64,000 nucleotides of DNA from assembly GCA_051362555.1 (NCBI GenBank), contig CM120640.1, positions 20,956,001 through 21,020,000 on the forward strand. The letters run 5' to 3'. This stretch comes from Lingula anatina. Taxonomy: Eukaryota > Animalia > Brachiopoda. Position 1 is the stretch's first letter; every line of letters begins with the position of its first letter. Made by a program: the position numbers and the translations under genes. The notes under the pieces were generated by a model that was given only the letters and a program-made list of their open reading frames with translations, had not been told where the DNA came from and searched no databases. Positions 39,901-52,375 of the stretch are shown in pieces.

Positions 39901-42900
39901 TCAAAGTGCGAACTTGAACTCCCATGGGCCTGAAGCCTTATGCTTGTTACACATTTTACTTACATTGGTATTACCTGTTGAGCATAATTAAAATTTGATG
40001 TTGAATTTGCAGTTTAACATGTACTTTTGCATCAGAATTGACAGTAGCCTATTTTGTGCATAGTTATTTCCTGCTTTTTGTCTGTACATTTGACAGCTTT
40101 GCTGCCTTGTTCTGATATGGGTTTTATGAAATCAAGATCGAACTGGCAAAACTGAAATCTAGAACCTAGGGTACCCTCAATCAATGAAACTATAAGAAAA
40201 CAATCACACGTCACATCTCTGTCCCACCTGGAGCTGCCTTTCCTGCCTTGCATTGATGTTATCTGATGTTATCTCGCAGCGATATTAGATGCCTTTAACA
40301 GATTTTTGCAAAATTTATTGTGCACTACTTCTATGTCTTTTTGCCTGGATGCATGCCCCAGATTTCCGTGCCATTATTTACAATTGGAAGAATTTTTTTA
40401 TCAAACAATGTAAGCCACACACTAACATCAATGTCTCCATAACTAAACATATGTGTTTCCTTATAATAAATATTGCTTTTGATGCTTGATCAGCCAAATA
40501 CTTTTGTGTTTTTGTCCAAACACCTTTTATTGTTGATGTTACAAGCAAGCATAATCTACATAATCACAGAAGAGCAATTGACTGTCTTGATTGTTGTCCC
40601 GGGGATTTTGTGGGACATGTTAAGGGGCAGTGCCTGAGTAATTAGATAAACAATTAATGGTCATGTAATCATCCTTGAGATTTCATTACAGGGTCACTTT
40701 GCTGAAAATTACCAGCACTTAAACCAGAGGTATATCTGTGAATTAATATCTAGTGAAAAATCAATCTGTGGCAATGTTAGAGGGTAATTTGTATCATTCT
40801 TTGTTTTTTTAGTTATGGACACCATTTTCAAGTATGCACATACTATCTGTGAGACCCCTGTTCAGATTCATCATTTTCCACAGGTATTTAATTACTCAGT
40901 AGAATTTTGTGAAACTTATTTTTATGGATGGTCAGATTAAAGGGATAACAACTCTTCGTATAATATCCATATTTTACAATAAATGCATTGTAAACAACTT
41001 ATAGAAATATAATAATTTTCTGCCCCATTGACATACAGCATAGAATGCTAGCAGAAAATTTCGTTCAAATATCATTTTAAACAATGCCGTTTGGTAATTC
41101 TCTTAGTTATACTACTTGAAACTGTATGCTGGCATTTGGTTGGCTTTTGTTGCACAAAATTGACTTCATATGCATCTTTAAGAGAATATATATAAAAAAA
41201 AAAGAAAAAAAAAAAAACAGGGACTAACTTTGAATGTTGGAATGGATTTACTAACTATTGGTTAGTATGGGAAAATATTGTCCTTTACCCCAGGAAAATC
41301 CATTGCTTGGCCAAAATGAACAGTTGTTATCCCTTAAAGTACTAGTTGCTACACAAGTTATCCACTGCATGTGATATATGTGATATACAAGAGCATAATT
41401 ATTGAGGCATAGCTGAGATATAGTTATACTTGTCTGTCACATACAGTAGAGGATGAGTAGTAGTGCATGTAACTGACTTTCCACACCTGGATTAAGAAGA
41501 TGATTGCACTTGTATTTCACTTGAAATGCACTGAAGACTATAAAAATATAGTCGAGCCAGAGCCTCTTCTAAGAAAAATAAAAGTGCAATCCTTTTGTCA
41601 AAAGTGCATGTCAAGGAATAAGATACAATATTTCTGTTGTAAAATTTGATCTGCATAAAAATGTAGTTTTAAGATACCACACAGTGAACATTTCTAGTGT
41701 GAATATATTTTTCCTTGGTACATTGTATTTTGTAAGGTTAAGTAAATACATGTATAAATAATGATGCACAGTTGCCAGTAATTTTATGGAAATGTGAAGA
41801 CTTGAGAATTATTACATAAGTAATTTACCCTATTTCCATACAGATAGCCTGTGCAAATGTCCCAGTGGACTGCTACATCCACCAGATTTTTTATGTACAG
41901 ACACAGATGTGTCTGTACATATTGCCATCACCTGTGTCTGTCGTCGCCGATGCCTATGCCGTCGCCGGCGCCGTGCATTTTCCTTGTAAACACGATAAGT
42001 GGAGGGCAGTTTTACTTTTTGGCTTTATATTTACAGAGCTGATGAATATTCATAAAACACAGGTCAAGTTTGAAAATCAGCATGATCGGGCCATTATTGT
42101 AGAAGTTATGCTGTTTTTTCACTTTTCAGCATATATGCAACCCTGTAAACACATTTTAAGGAAAACCGTTAGGCCTGTTGTCATGAAACTCACAGGAGTA
42201 ATCAATCTTACTAAAATGCAGGTCAAGTTTGAAAATCGGCATGATTGGGCCACTATTTTAGTAGTTATGCTGTTTTTTCATTTTTCAGCATATATGCAAC
42301 ACTGTAAACACAATATAAGAAAAACAGATAGGCCAATTGTCATCATTAAACTCACAGGAGTGGTCAGTCTTACTAAAACACAGGTTGAGTTCGAAAATCA
42401 GCATAATCGGGGCATTATTTTAGAAGTTATGCTGTTTTTTCACATTTCCTCAGATTCAACTCTTAGGCATGTTAACAGTCTCATTATTGAACTAATAAGA
42501 CATTTAAAAGTGTTTGGTTGACATTTCCTACATCTTTACAACATTGTTAGTTGATTATGTAAAAATGATGGTAAACTTGTTATCATGTATTGTGTAATAA
42601 AGTGTCAAAAATGGAAATAAACTCATATCATTGCAGTTTGTCAGATTCAATCATTCACTATATTCAGATTCTCAGAATGAAGGAAATTGGACATTTAACA
42701 CTATTCTATTGATATTTTTCCCATCTCATCAGTTTTCTTAGTTGATCATATAAAAATTGCAGTAAACTGTTTATTTTGTTTCATGTGAAAAAAGTGTTAA
42801 AAATGGAAATAAACCCATGTCAGAACAGTGCTGTCTTGTTTCACATTTCCCCAGATTCAATTCTTAGGCATGTAAACAGTCGCATTATTTAACTAATTAG

Positions 42901-45900
42901 ACATGTAAAAGAATCTCAGAATGGAGGAAATTGGACATTTAACACTGTTGTATTGATATTTTTCCCATGTCATCAATTTTCTTAGTTGATTGTATAAAAA
43001 TGGCAGTAACCTGTTAATTTTGTTTTATGTTAAAAAATTGTTAAAAATGGAAAAAAAAAGATTTCAGAACAGTGCTGTCTTGTTTACATTTTGGCATTTT
43101 TAAGTTGTGACTTTGAAGTTCCATGGGCCTGAAGACCTTTGCTAGTCACATTTTCTGAATATCCATGATACTAATATTAAATTGATGGTCATTATGCTGT
43201 TAAACATTATGTAATATTGCATCAAAATTTGAAAAAAACGTATTTTGGGCACTGCTGCCATGAGGACCATTATGGGAAAAGCATGTTACTTATGATTGCC
43301 TAACTTTCAAAAAAGAAATACAGGACTAAAATGCAGCCTGAGTTGGAAAAGCAGTCTAATTGGCTTCTTTTTCTGGAAGTTATACATTTTCAAAGTGTGA
43401 ACTTGTTACACATTTTACTTACATTGGTATTACCTGTTGAGCATAATTAAAATTTGATGTTGAATTTGCAGTTTAACATAATGTACTTTTGCATCAGAAT
43501 TGACAGTAGCCTATTTTGTGCATAGTTATTTCCTGTTTTTTGTCTGTACATTTGACAGCTTTGCTGCCTTGTTATAATAATTTTTATAACGTACAAAATT
43601 ATAATGTGTATATAATAAAGTTTTATGTTGAAATAAAAAACAGTTTGAAATAATTTTGTACTGGGATTGCTAGAAAAATTATATTACATTAAAAAATCCT
43701 TTCAGTTATTTCTATCTGTCACATCCCAAAGCTTATCATTTCATTATATGATCTGTCTCTTGACCATTATACATCACTGAAAATTATGAAGATGGTAAGG
43801 TGAAATAAAAATTTATAGTAGTAGGTATTATTATACTTGTGCACTTTCAGGTATTTTGTGAAGTGCAAGCTGTAGTTGACCCACCCATTGCTGCCCAACT
43901 ATTTGATGAAACCCAAACAACCTTAAACAATTTAGAGCAAGAATGTTGTGTTATGGTAATAAATGAGGCAGGGAGTATAAGATTGAAAGGGAATTGGCAT
44001 CAAGTGCAAAATGGCAAAGAATATCTGTTGATAAAATATATTGAGAGTCTGCAGCAAAAGGCTTCTCCCAATGAAGAAGAAAGCTCAGAAGTTCACACCC
44101 CTTTGCATGGAAAGAAAAGAAAATCAGTTGATATTGAATCCCAACCAAGCACAGTGTTACAGAACCAAGGGCATCATCTAGAGCAAAACTCAAATGTTCA
44201 CCAACAACAGCATCAATATCCTAACTGGAAGGACAAGGCTCAACCTGAGAAAGACGAGACGCAGTCTGTTGATGGAAATGTTAATGGTGGAACTTACTTT
44301 TTTGAAACAATGCGAGGTCTTAATGAAGAGACCCATGCATATGTGATGTGGAAACACCAGAATAAACTCTCTTTGACTGATGGAGATATAGACATTAGAG
44401 GGAAACTTACTGAAGATGGTGAATACCAAGTCCTAGTAGGTGCAAGAAGTCAGACACACTTGGACAAGGCCCTTGATGCATATGTTGAATGTTATCAAAA
44501 GACATATGGCTCTGTTAAAACTGAGAAAATTCAAGCTCCCCAAACCACTACAAAAGAGCAGTGTGAAGGTATCCTTCAGGAGTTGATGGAGAGTTCTCCG
44601 GATGCACTCATTAGCTATGACCCTGATAAGCATGGTTTCACCATTACTGCACCTTTACAAAAAATAGATGGTCTGAAAAACAAAATAGAGATGCAATGTT
44701 TTTCTGTGAACGGGAGTCAAGTGCAAAAGAGAAATCTCAGGAAGTTGGCCAAAGCCCCATCTTTTCCTCCAAATTCTGAAAATTTTATAACGAAGAAAGG
44801 ACTGATGATACGCATTTACCAAGGTGACATTACAACCAGCAATGTAACAGCCATTGTTAATGCTACCAATGAAAGACTTCAGCATGGGGGAAGAGTGGCA
44901 AGGGCCATCAAGGATGCTGCTGGGAAAGACTTCGACCACCAGTGTCGAGAAGCATTGAAGGAAAAGGGTTCATTTGGGGTTACAGATGTGTTGCACACAT
45001 CCACTGGGGGAGAGGGATCCCGATTGAAGTGCAGATATGTCTTGCATGCAGTAGGTCCTCAATGGCAGGACTATGTGGAGAAAGAAAGATGCGCTATTGA
45101 ACTGCGTTGGACATTTTTCAATTGCCTTAAGTATGCAGGGGACCCAGATACAATTGGTGCAGAATCTGTGGCCATTCCAGCAATAAGTTCAGGTGAGAAT
45201 TAAATGTGTTACTACTGGTATTTAGCAAGGTCTGAATTTTTTTTTTAATTCCAAAGTTTGTTGCAGGGCCCAAGGATTCATTGTCACTTGAGAGTAGCAG
45301 GAGGTAAATTTATCTGAAACAGCTCTCCCAGTTAAGGCAGTAAATGACTATTAAAAAGATGGTTATTATTAGGATGGTTGGCACTTTTTGGGCATTTCCC
45401 TTTATATATGTATGTTTCCAAAACTTTGTTCCACTTTCTATTACTCCATCCTGTTCCATACACCTGCATTGGTGTTTTTGTACCTGCCTTATACCATTTT
45501 TTAACCCCATAGCGCCGGGAACCGTACATATGCGGTTCATTTTAAAAAGTCCTCAGTGCCGGGAACTGCATATACGCGGTTTCTGTGTTTACATGCTTGT
45601 ACTGTCCCCTGTCGTTTGTAACAATTCATGCTTCTATCACAAGACTAACTTAATGTTAGTTTTTTGTTTACTACCGGCTTTTGAAAGATGTGTAGAGAGA
45701 ATTAGATAATCAAAAAGCGATTTATTTCAACCAATGTTGAGGCGCTAAGAAGTCAAAATGGTGGCGAGAGGTCAGCAGAAGTTATGGGTTGAGAAATGTT
45801 CTAGATTTGTTAGAAAATTCAGACTTCGGGGAAGAATCCTTGATAGATTTTGATACTCCGATAACTTCAAAGATGATGTACATTTGGCTAGTATGAGTTA

Positions 45901-48900
45901 ATTGTCAGAGAGCAGATTCGGATGTGGGGCTTGATTTATGAAAAACTCTGATGATACTAACAGCAGTAACCAAGCAGACATCAACAGTAATTGGAAGGGC
46001 TATATTGCTGATAAAATGACTGTAACCGTTCTGTGGTAAGTCAGGCTAAATGTTGCCTTGCGTGCTGCAACCACATGTCTTTTCCTGCTTGTGTGTAAAT
46101 ACAGATGTAATATGTTTACTAGTGCGCTGCATCAACATGTCTTTTCCTGCTTGTGTCTAAGTACAAATGACATAGATCTATGTTTACTTGTTTGCTGCAT
46201 CAACATATGTCTTTTCCTGCTTGTGTGTAAATACAGATGTAATATGTTTACTAGTGCGCTGCATCAACATGTCTTTTCCTGCTTATGTCTAAGTACAAAT
46301 GACATATGTTTACTTGTTTGCTGCATCAACATATGTCTTTTCCTGCTTGTGTGTAAATACAGATGTAATATGTTTACTAGTGCGCTGTATCAACATGTCT
46401 TTTCCTGCTTGTGTATTAGTACAAATGCCACGTTTCCTTGTGTTTTTATGATGCAATTTTTATTCACGGAAGTGTAATATTTGCTCATGACAATGTTTGT
46501 ATTCTTGTATATGATTTGAGTGCAAAACAAAATTTTATGACTATCCTGGTTCAGTTGATTAAAAAAATTAATATTGAAAAATGTATTTTATTTACAATTT
46601 ATTTGTGATTACAATTTATTTGTAATTATAAAAGTAATTAGGTGGAAGTCTTCTAGTCAGCTAGCCTGCCTGTATATTGTGCAACTCTGATGTGATACAG
46701 GTTTTTAGGTACAGTACGCCTCCCAGGAAATTTATTATAACTCAAAAACTAAATAAGATATCTTTATGGAATTTTCTGACATTGTTTCAAACATATTTTG
46801 GATGTTTATGAGAAAATTTCAACAAATTATTTGGTAAAGTGAAAAAGAATGTGCATGCTGAAATTAAGGTTTTGTTTTTTAATTCTCTTCGAGAAAAGCA
46901 AGGGTGCTTTCCCAGAGATTTAGATCGATCTAAAGATTAAGATTTAGATCGACCTAACTCCCTGGGGGTTTACGCTAAATTGCAGTCAGCCGAGCGGGCA
47001 CCATAGTTAATTACCCCCTTCCAGCTTTTAGTAGGCGGGACAGACGCTTAAGCCGGTCAAGCTGACAGTAATCTAGTGAGACTCCCCACAGGGATAGATC
47101 GATCTAAAAATCTATGGCAATGGGGTGCAAGTCTCATATTTAAACTCCTGCTATTTCTACCTGAGTCAACAAATGTAAATAAAACTGATATGATTTTAAA
47201 GCTTACATTCTTGGCTTTTTAAAAATGTACAGTTCTTAGGTGTTTTCTAGACAAGTGAATACATTATCATTGATTAAATGAGGCCACCTGTAAAATTGAG
47301 TGCATCCGGGTAGATGGCTCAGGACCAAGGGCACTTTCTAGGTCAGATGCTGTCAGGCTCTATGGGGTTATATATAATGTCATACATATACTTTTCATAT
47401 GGAAATAATTTTGTCACAAATTACAGGGATTTTTGGAGCTCCCAAGGGGACAGTGGCACAGGCACTGCTTGAAGCTGTTTTGGATTTTGATAGAGAACTC
47501 AAGCAGCACAGCACTCTTCAAGAAATCCACCTGGTTAACATTGCTCCTGACATAACTCATTTGATCACAAAGAAATTTGTCAAGATTGGTGCCCCAGACT
47601 GGAAGGGCAACGGATATCTAGCAGCTAACATAGCCAGTAAAACCATACCTGGAGGTCAAGATCATGAAAGTTTTGAGGGAACAAATGTAGATGCTTGCGC
47701 CATTTGTATGGATGCAATGGTCAACCCAAAGCGCCTTGAGAAATGTGGCCATGTCTTTTGCACCAGCTGCATTGACAAGGCATTTAAGCTGAGTAAACCT
47801 GTCTGCCCAACCTGTGGAGCCATTTATGGAGTGATAAAGGGTAACCAGCCACCTGGGAACATGACTTACAGAACTTTTCGTTCTAGCCTGCCAGGACATG
47901 AAGGCTATGGCACAATAGAGATAACTTATTCTTTTAGGGTAGGAATACAGGGGGTAAATACTCATTTTTTCTTTTTTTTTTTCATTTTTTTTTCAGAAAT
48001 TTATTAAATTGACAAATAATAGTGCTAGAATTATATACTAGTGAATATGTCATTAAAATATGTAATACTTCTTGCATTAGAAAATATAATATTTTGGTCC
48101 AATGAACTTTTGCCTAAAAGATACATGTATTGTTTTAGGAAGATCACCCTCATCCAGGCACTTTATATAGAGGTACCACACATGTGGCTTACCTGCCAGA
48201 TTCAACAGAAGGGAGGAAGGTACTAAGACTGCTGCGCAAGGCATTTGATAACAAAGTGGTGTTTACCATTGGAAGGTCCACTACCACTGGCAAAGAAGGG
48301 CAGATAATATGGAATGATATCCACCATAAGACTAGCCAGTATGGCGGACCTACAAAGTATGATTTAAGATTACATGACATTTTCCATACTTGACACAATT
48401 TGCCCCGATTTCTAGAATGTAAGAGAAATCACCCAATCATGTTATCCCAAAATGTTATCAGCAATGCTACGAGGAGCATTCTTAAGCTTACACAGGGTTC
48501 ATGATTAAGATCAGGTCAAATGTTTGGACGTTCATGTTGTACAGTAGTATATGTTCTAAAACATAAACAGTAAATTTTCACTCATAATATTTTACATGTA
48601 CAATATAAGCTTATATGTGAAATACTTATAACTACTTGCTAACAGTAATTTATTGCCACAAAAGATTATATAATATAGTATATTTCCTTTCATATCTATC
48701 ATATTTGCTTTTATTTTTAAAACCTGCTGTGGTTAATTTACTTTGTAAGTGATACTGATCAGGACTCAGGAGTTGGCTTATATGTATTCTAGTTTGATAC
48801 ATGTACATGCATATATTTTGATAAATATCTGATATATATCTCAATCATCTATAGATTTGGGTATCCAGACCCCGGGTACCTTCAGAGAGTTCAGGAAGAA

Positions 48901-50678
48901 CTTAAGGCCAAGGGAATTGAGGAAGAGCAAGATGAAGTTCAGCAACCACCAGGTATGCTAAAATGTACTATGTACACCTCATTGTGATCTCACATACTCA
49001 TACATGTTCATATCCGATTCATTATAAATATGTGCAGTCTTATGGCATATATCAACCATTGAAGATGGTTGTCAAGTAGAGAAGTAAGCCATACCTTTGT
49101 CAGTCATTGTGAGAACAAAATCCAAATGGGCATTTAGTAGCTGATATTGTGACTAACACAAGATATATGTAAGGTTGTGTGGTATCATTAACTTCATTAA
49201 TAGTTAATTGTTATTTCCTCTTCTAACTTTTATGTATGATGCAAAAGTTCACACACACATAATTTTTTTTGTTAGTTGACCACCAGCAAAACAAACATGA
49301 GAAACCCAGCCAGCCCTCAAACACTTTTGACCTTCCTTCTCACTGGAGTCCAATACCTCCAGGCAAAGTTGTGGATATCATTGAGTTAAAGCCTAAGGAT
49401 CCAGATTTCAAGAGAGTAGCAGGAAGTATTTCATTGGGAAATTTCAAGTTGAGCAATATGAAGGTAGGGAAAAGGGTAATAAATAGATGCATGCATCATG
49501 ACCTATCTTTAAAAATGTTATTGGAATTATGCTTAGTGGTAAATTTACAGGTGAAAAGTAAAATGAGCAAAATCTCTGCATCAAAAGAAAGTACTATTTA
49601 TATATATATATTTCTTTTTTAGAATATATTTCATGATGTCTATATTTAAGATATTAATAATTATCAAATAACATCAGTAAAATGGATCATGCAAGCATCC
49701 CCTATTTGACAAATGGTGTTGTTGAATTTTGCCAGAAAAAATTATAATCAAATTTCTTATTAAAAAGAAAATGCTTGACCGTTTGCAATCTTTTGATTAG
49801 ATGGACACTGTGAAGTTAACTCATATAATTTGCTTCAGATGAAGAATAGCCAATAAACTAGGTACACCTTAACCTGGCCAAAACTTGGGATCACTCTAAA
49901 TAATGTGGTAACTTTTTTCAAAATCTTTGTTCAGGAAATGTCACAGGGGAGGCCGCGAGTCAGTACAATGGCAGATTCACCTAGGAAGGTTTTCAATTAT
50001 GATCAGTGATTCTCCTACGACAGTTGTTGATCCTTCAGTTTGTTTTCCTTTGCTAGTAAAAATGCCAAATGGATGATAATTTTAATAATGTCAGCTTTTT
50101 CAAAAAGGAATTTACAGTCTTTTATTAAAGAAATCCAAATCTGTAGTTCATTAAAATTTAAAATGTTCAGCTTGTCAAAAATTGTATTTTGTAATGCCGT
50201 ACATCTATTCAGATGAGTATATCAAAGAAAATATTGATTTTGAACTTTACTGTTCACAAAAGTTGGTCAAGTCATTACCAGGAGATTCCAATAAATTCCA
50301 ATTAATTCTGCGGAATGACACTGAAAACCATGGGCTTTACTAAAAATGTTATATTATCCATATTTTTCATCATAATGGCTTGAATTTTCAATGTTAATAG
50401 AAAAAATATAAATGCAAGTTTACTCTAAAAATGTTCTTGAAAAACAACATTTAGTTGTCATACCACACTCAAAATGTGTATTTTACCAACCAATGACTCC
50501 CTATGAAAAAGCCATCTAATATTTGTTATTTGGGTTATAAGGGTTTGTGTTAGGGTTAGGGTTAAGGGTGCGGTTAAGGTTAGGCACAGCATAAAAAATG
50601 ATAGAATCCCTAAATCAAATTACTGAAATTGTCAAATCAAACAAGATAAACAAATAAAAGCTTTATGAAGTTTTGTGT

Positions 50679-50709
<31 letters not shown>

Positions 50710-51647
50710 GGGGGGGGAGTCAAAATTTCATGGGGAGAATCAGGTTTTCATAATGAAATTTTGACATTGAGATTTTCATGTTACACAGGTACACCTGTGC
50801 TATCCAGGCAGTATGGGGAGGGCCTAAAACAAACACCTTTTTTAAATCTATAAAATAGATTATTTTTGCTAAGTTATTTTTAACTTCCATTATACAGATT
50901 TACCGCATACAAAACTCGGAATTGTTCCAAAGATTCATGGCTAAGAAAAAGAGTATGAGAGAAAATTGCTCCCAGGGCAGCATAATAGAAAGTGAATTGT
51001 GGTATGGGACGACAGAACATACATGTAAAATGGACTCTATCAGCAAATATGGTGTTTGTCCTTATTACAACTCTCACATGGGACATCTTGGTAATTAATA
51101 AAGTCTGGATCTATCAATATTCTATCAATCTTTTATAAAGAATATTATCATTTCTCCAGTGTATTTATTAATTTTTTATAAAATTCATCTTCCAAAGGAT
51201 AGTATTAAAATTTAAAACTAATACTAGTCATGTTACGGAAGGGTATAGTACTGACTACCCATTGTGCATTTGTATTATGGGTCCATGCAGCAACAAACTG
51301 TCAACAGCAACATAGTGAATTTTCACAACTAAAAACTAAATCTACACTAGTATTTTCCTTTGAATTTTTTATTTATTTCAGGAAATGGTGTTTATTTCTC
51401 AGTCAGTGCAGAGAAATGCAGTCAAGTATGTCGGGCTTCATATCCTTCAGGCAAGAAGCACATGATAAAATGCCGTGTGCTGACAGGAGAGTACATGAAA
51501 GGTAGTGCTTGGATGAGGTCTCCACCAGTGAGGCCAGGTTCAGCAGAGACATTCGATTCAGTTGTTGATAGTGTTTCAAATCCATCAGTGTTTGTGATCT
51601 TCTCTGCTGTCCAAATATATCCAGAATACTGGATAACATTAACCTAA
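36983..51647 (+). CDS. DTX3L-like Macro-RING-DTC-PARP fusion gene, copy 2, ~1035 aa
   Basis: Coding exons 36983-37187, 40813-40883, 43851-45192, 47427-47953, 48139-48356, 48855-48952, 49276-49463, 50898-51090, 51382-51647; total 3108 nt, open frame, all splice sites conserved with copy 1, only in-frame indels. Confidence 0.85.
38090..40192. mobile_element. TIR element with perfect 55-bp inverted repeats, hosting a Helentron-associated element
   Basis: TAGTTTCATTGATTGAGGGTACCCTAGGTTCTAGATTTCAGTTTTGCCAGTTCGA at 38090 and its reverse complement ending at 40192. Confidence 0.8.
38282..40111 (+). mobile_element. HINE/DINE-1-like (Helentron-associated) element, copy A
   Basis: 5' T-run plus palindrome TATGTACAGACACA-GA-TGTGTCTGTACATA, (GCCGAT)n microsatellite, ~120-bp internal tandem units, 3' subterminal TGTCTGTACA with a short hairpin ending in TT. 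Confidence 0.75.
40941..41334. mobile_element. Kolobok-like MITE
   Basis: TTAA|AGGGATAACAACT ... AGTTGTTATCCCT; same family as 35874-36867. Confidence 0.7.
41887..43573 (+). mobile_element. HINE/DINE-1-like element, copy B
   Basis: Same termini and body as 38282-40111, with a different internal repeat arrangement and different flanks. Confidence 0.78.
45505..47367. mobile_element. piggyBac-like non-autonomous element
   Basis: TTAA|CCCCATAGCGCC ... GGCTCTATGGGG|TTAT; absent from the copy 1 intron; carries a tandem array and a nested MITE. Confidence 0.72.
46062..46428. repeat. Minisatellite, ~55-64-bp units alternating as dimers (about 6 units)
   Basis: Repeated GCTGCATCAACAT(AT)GTCTTTTCCTGCTTGTGTG...ATATGTTTACT. 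Confidence 0.9.
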
Positions 51648-52331
51648 GTTTTGATATGCTGACAGTGATGAAATAAGACAAATTTTCATTTGATTATATT
51701 TACAGACTGAAAGTTGTTAAGAAATGAGACAATTGTTTTTCAATTTTCAGCTAGTGATGGTACTAAGTTAAAAAGTTGATTTTCTTCCCCCTTATCCTAT
51801 CCACAACTACAAATTTTGGATATATCATTGAGAAACAAGTTAGTTTTGTTTGGTTTAATTTTGTTTACTATTAAGAAGCTTTTAAGCTGATCGTTCAAGT
51901 CATATAAATTTGTGTACTCTCACACCAGGCTAGGATAAAATGGTGTCTAAGGAGGCTCATCTATTTTAATGCGAATCGAAACCTGGGACAGATAAATTGT
52001 TTTATTTGACAAAGTTGACAAACTGGACAAGTGAGAAAAGTTGTCAGGGGGTTGATAGGAACATGCTGTAGAGTTTAAAGTTATGACAGCAACTATCGTA
52101 TAAAGATGAAGCTTATAAGAACATTGTTTGTGTAAGTCTGTTTAAAACAAGTGTGGACAAAAATGTTAGATGTTCCAGTTCAGAACATTTACATACATTT
52201 GTCATTTTTGACATTGCATTCTCGTGAAGACTGCAGGAAGTCACCAAAATTGCATAAGTGATAGTTTATAGACTGGAGTATTTGGAAAAATAGGTAATTT
52301 TTCCCAGTATGGACAAAATAACCAGACTAAC

Positions 52332-52334
<3 letters not shown>

Positions 52335-52373
<39 letters not shown>
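52335..52373. repeat. (TA)n microsatellite
   Basis: Read directly; short in the paralogous position near 27940. Confidence 0.95.

Positions 52374-52375
<2 letters not shown>

Noticed and set aside
41865-42521. 218-aa ORF (and 38133-38564 ORF)
   Set aside because: Translation of ~120-bp tandem units of the HINE-like element; the other copy has a broken frame.
46058-46477. Cys-rich 139-aa repetitive ORF or CRISPR-like array
   Set aside because: Minisatellite inside a piggyBac-like element; no unique spacers, no cas genes, eukaryotic context.
50530-50585. TTAGGG-like interstitial telomeric repeats
   Set aside because: Only 2-3 exact units in a degenerate GGTTAG tract within a copy-specific insertion; common in DNA transposons.
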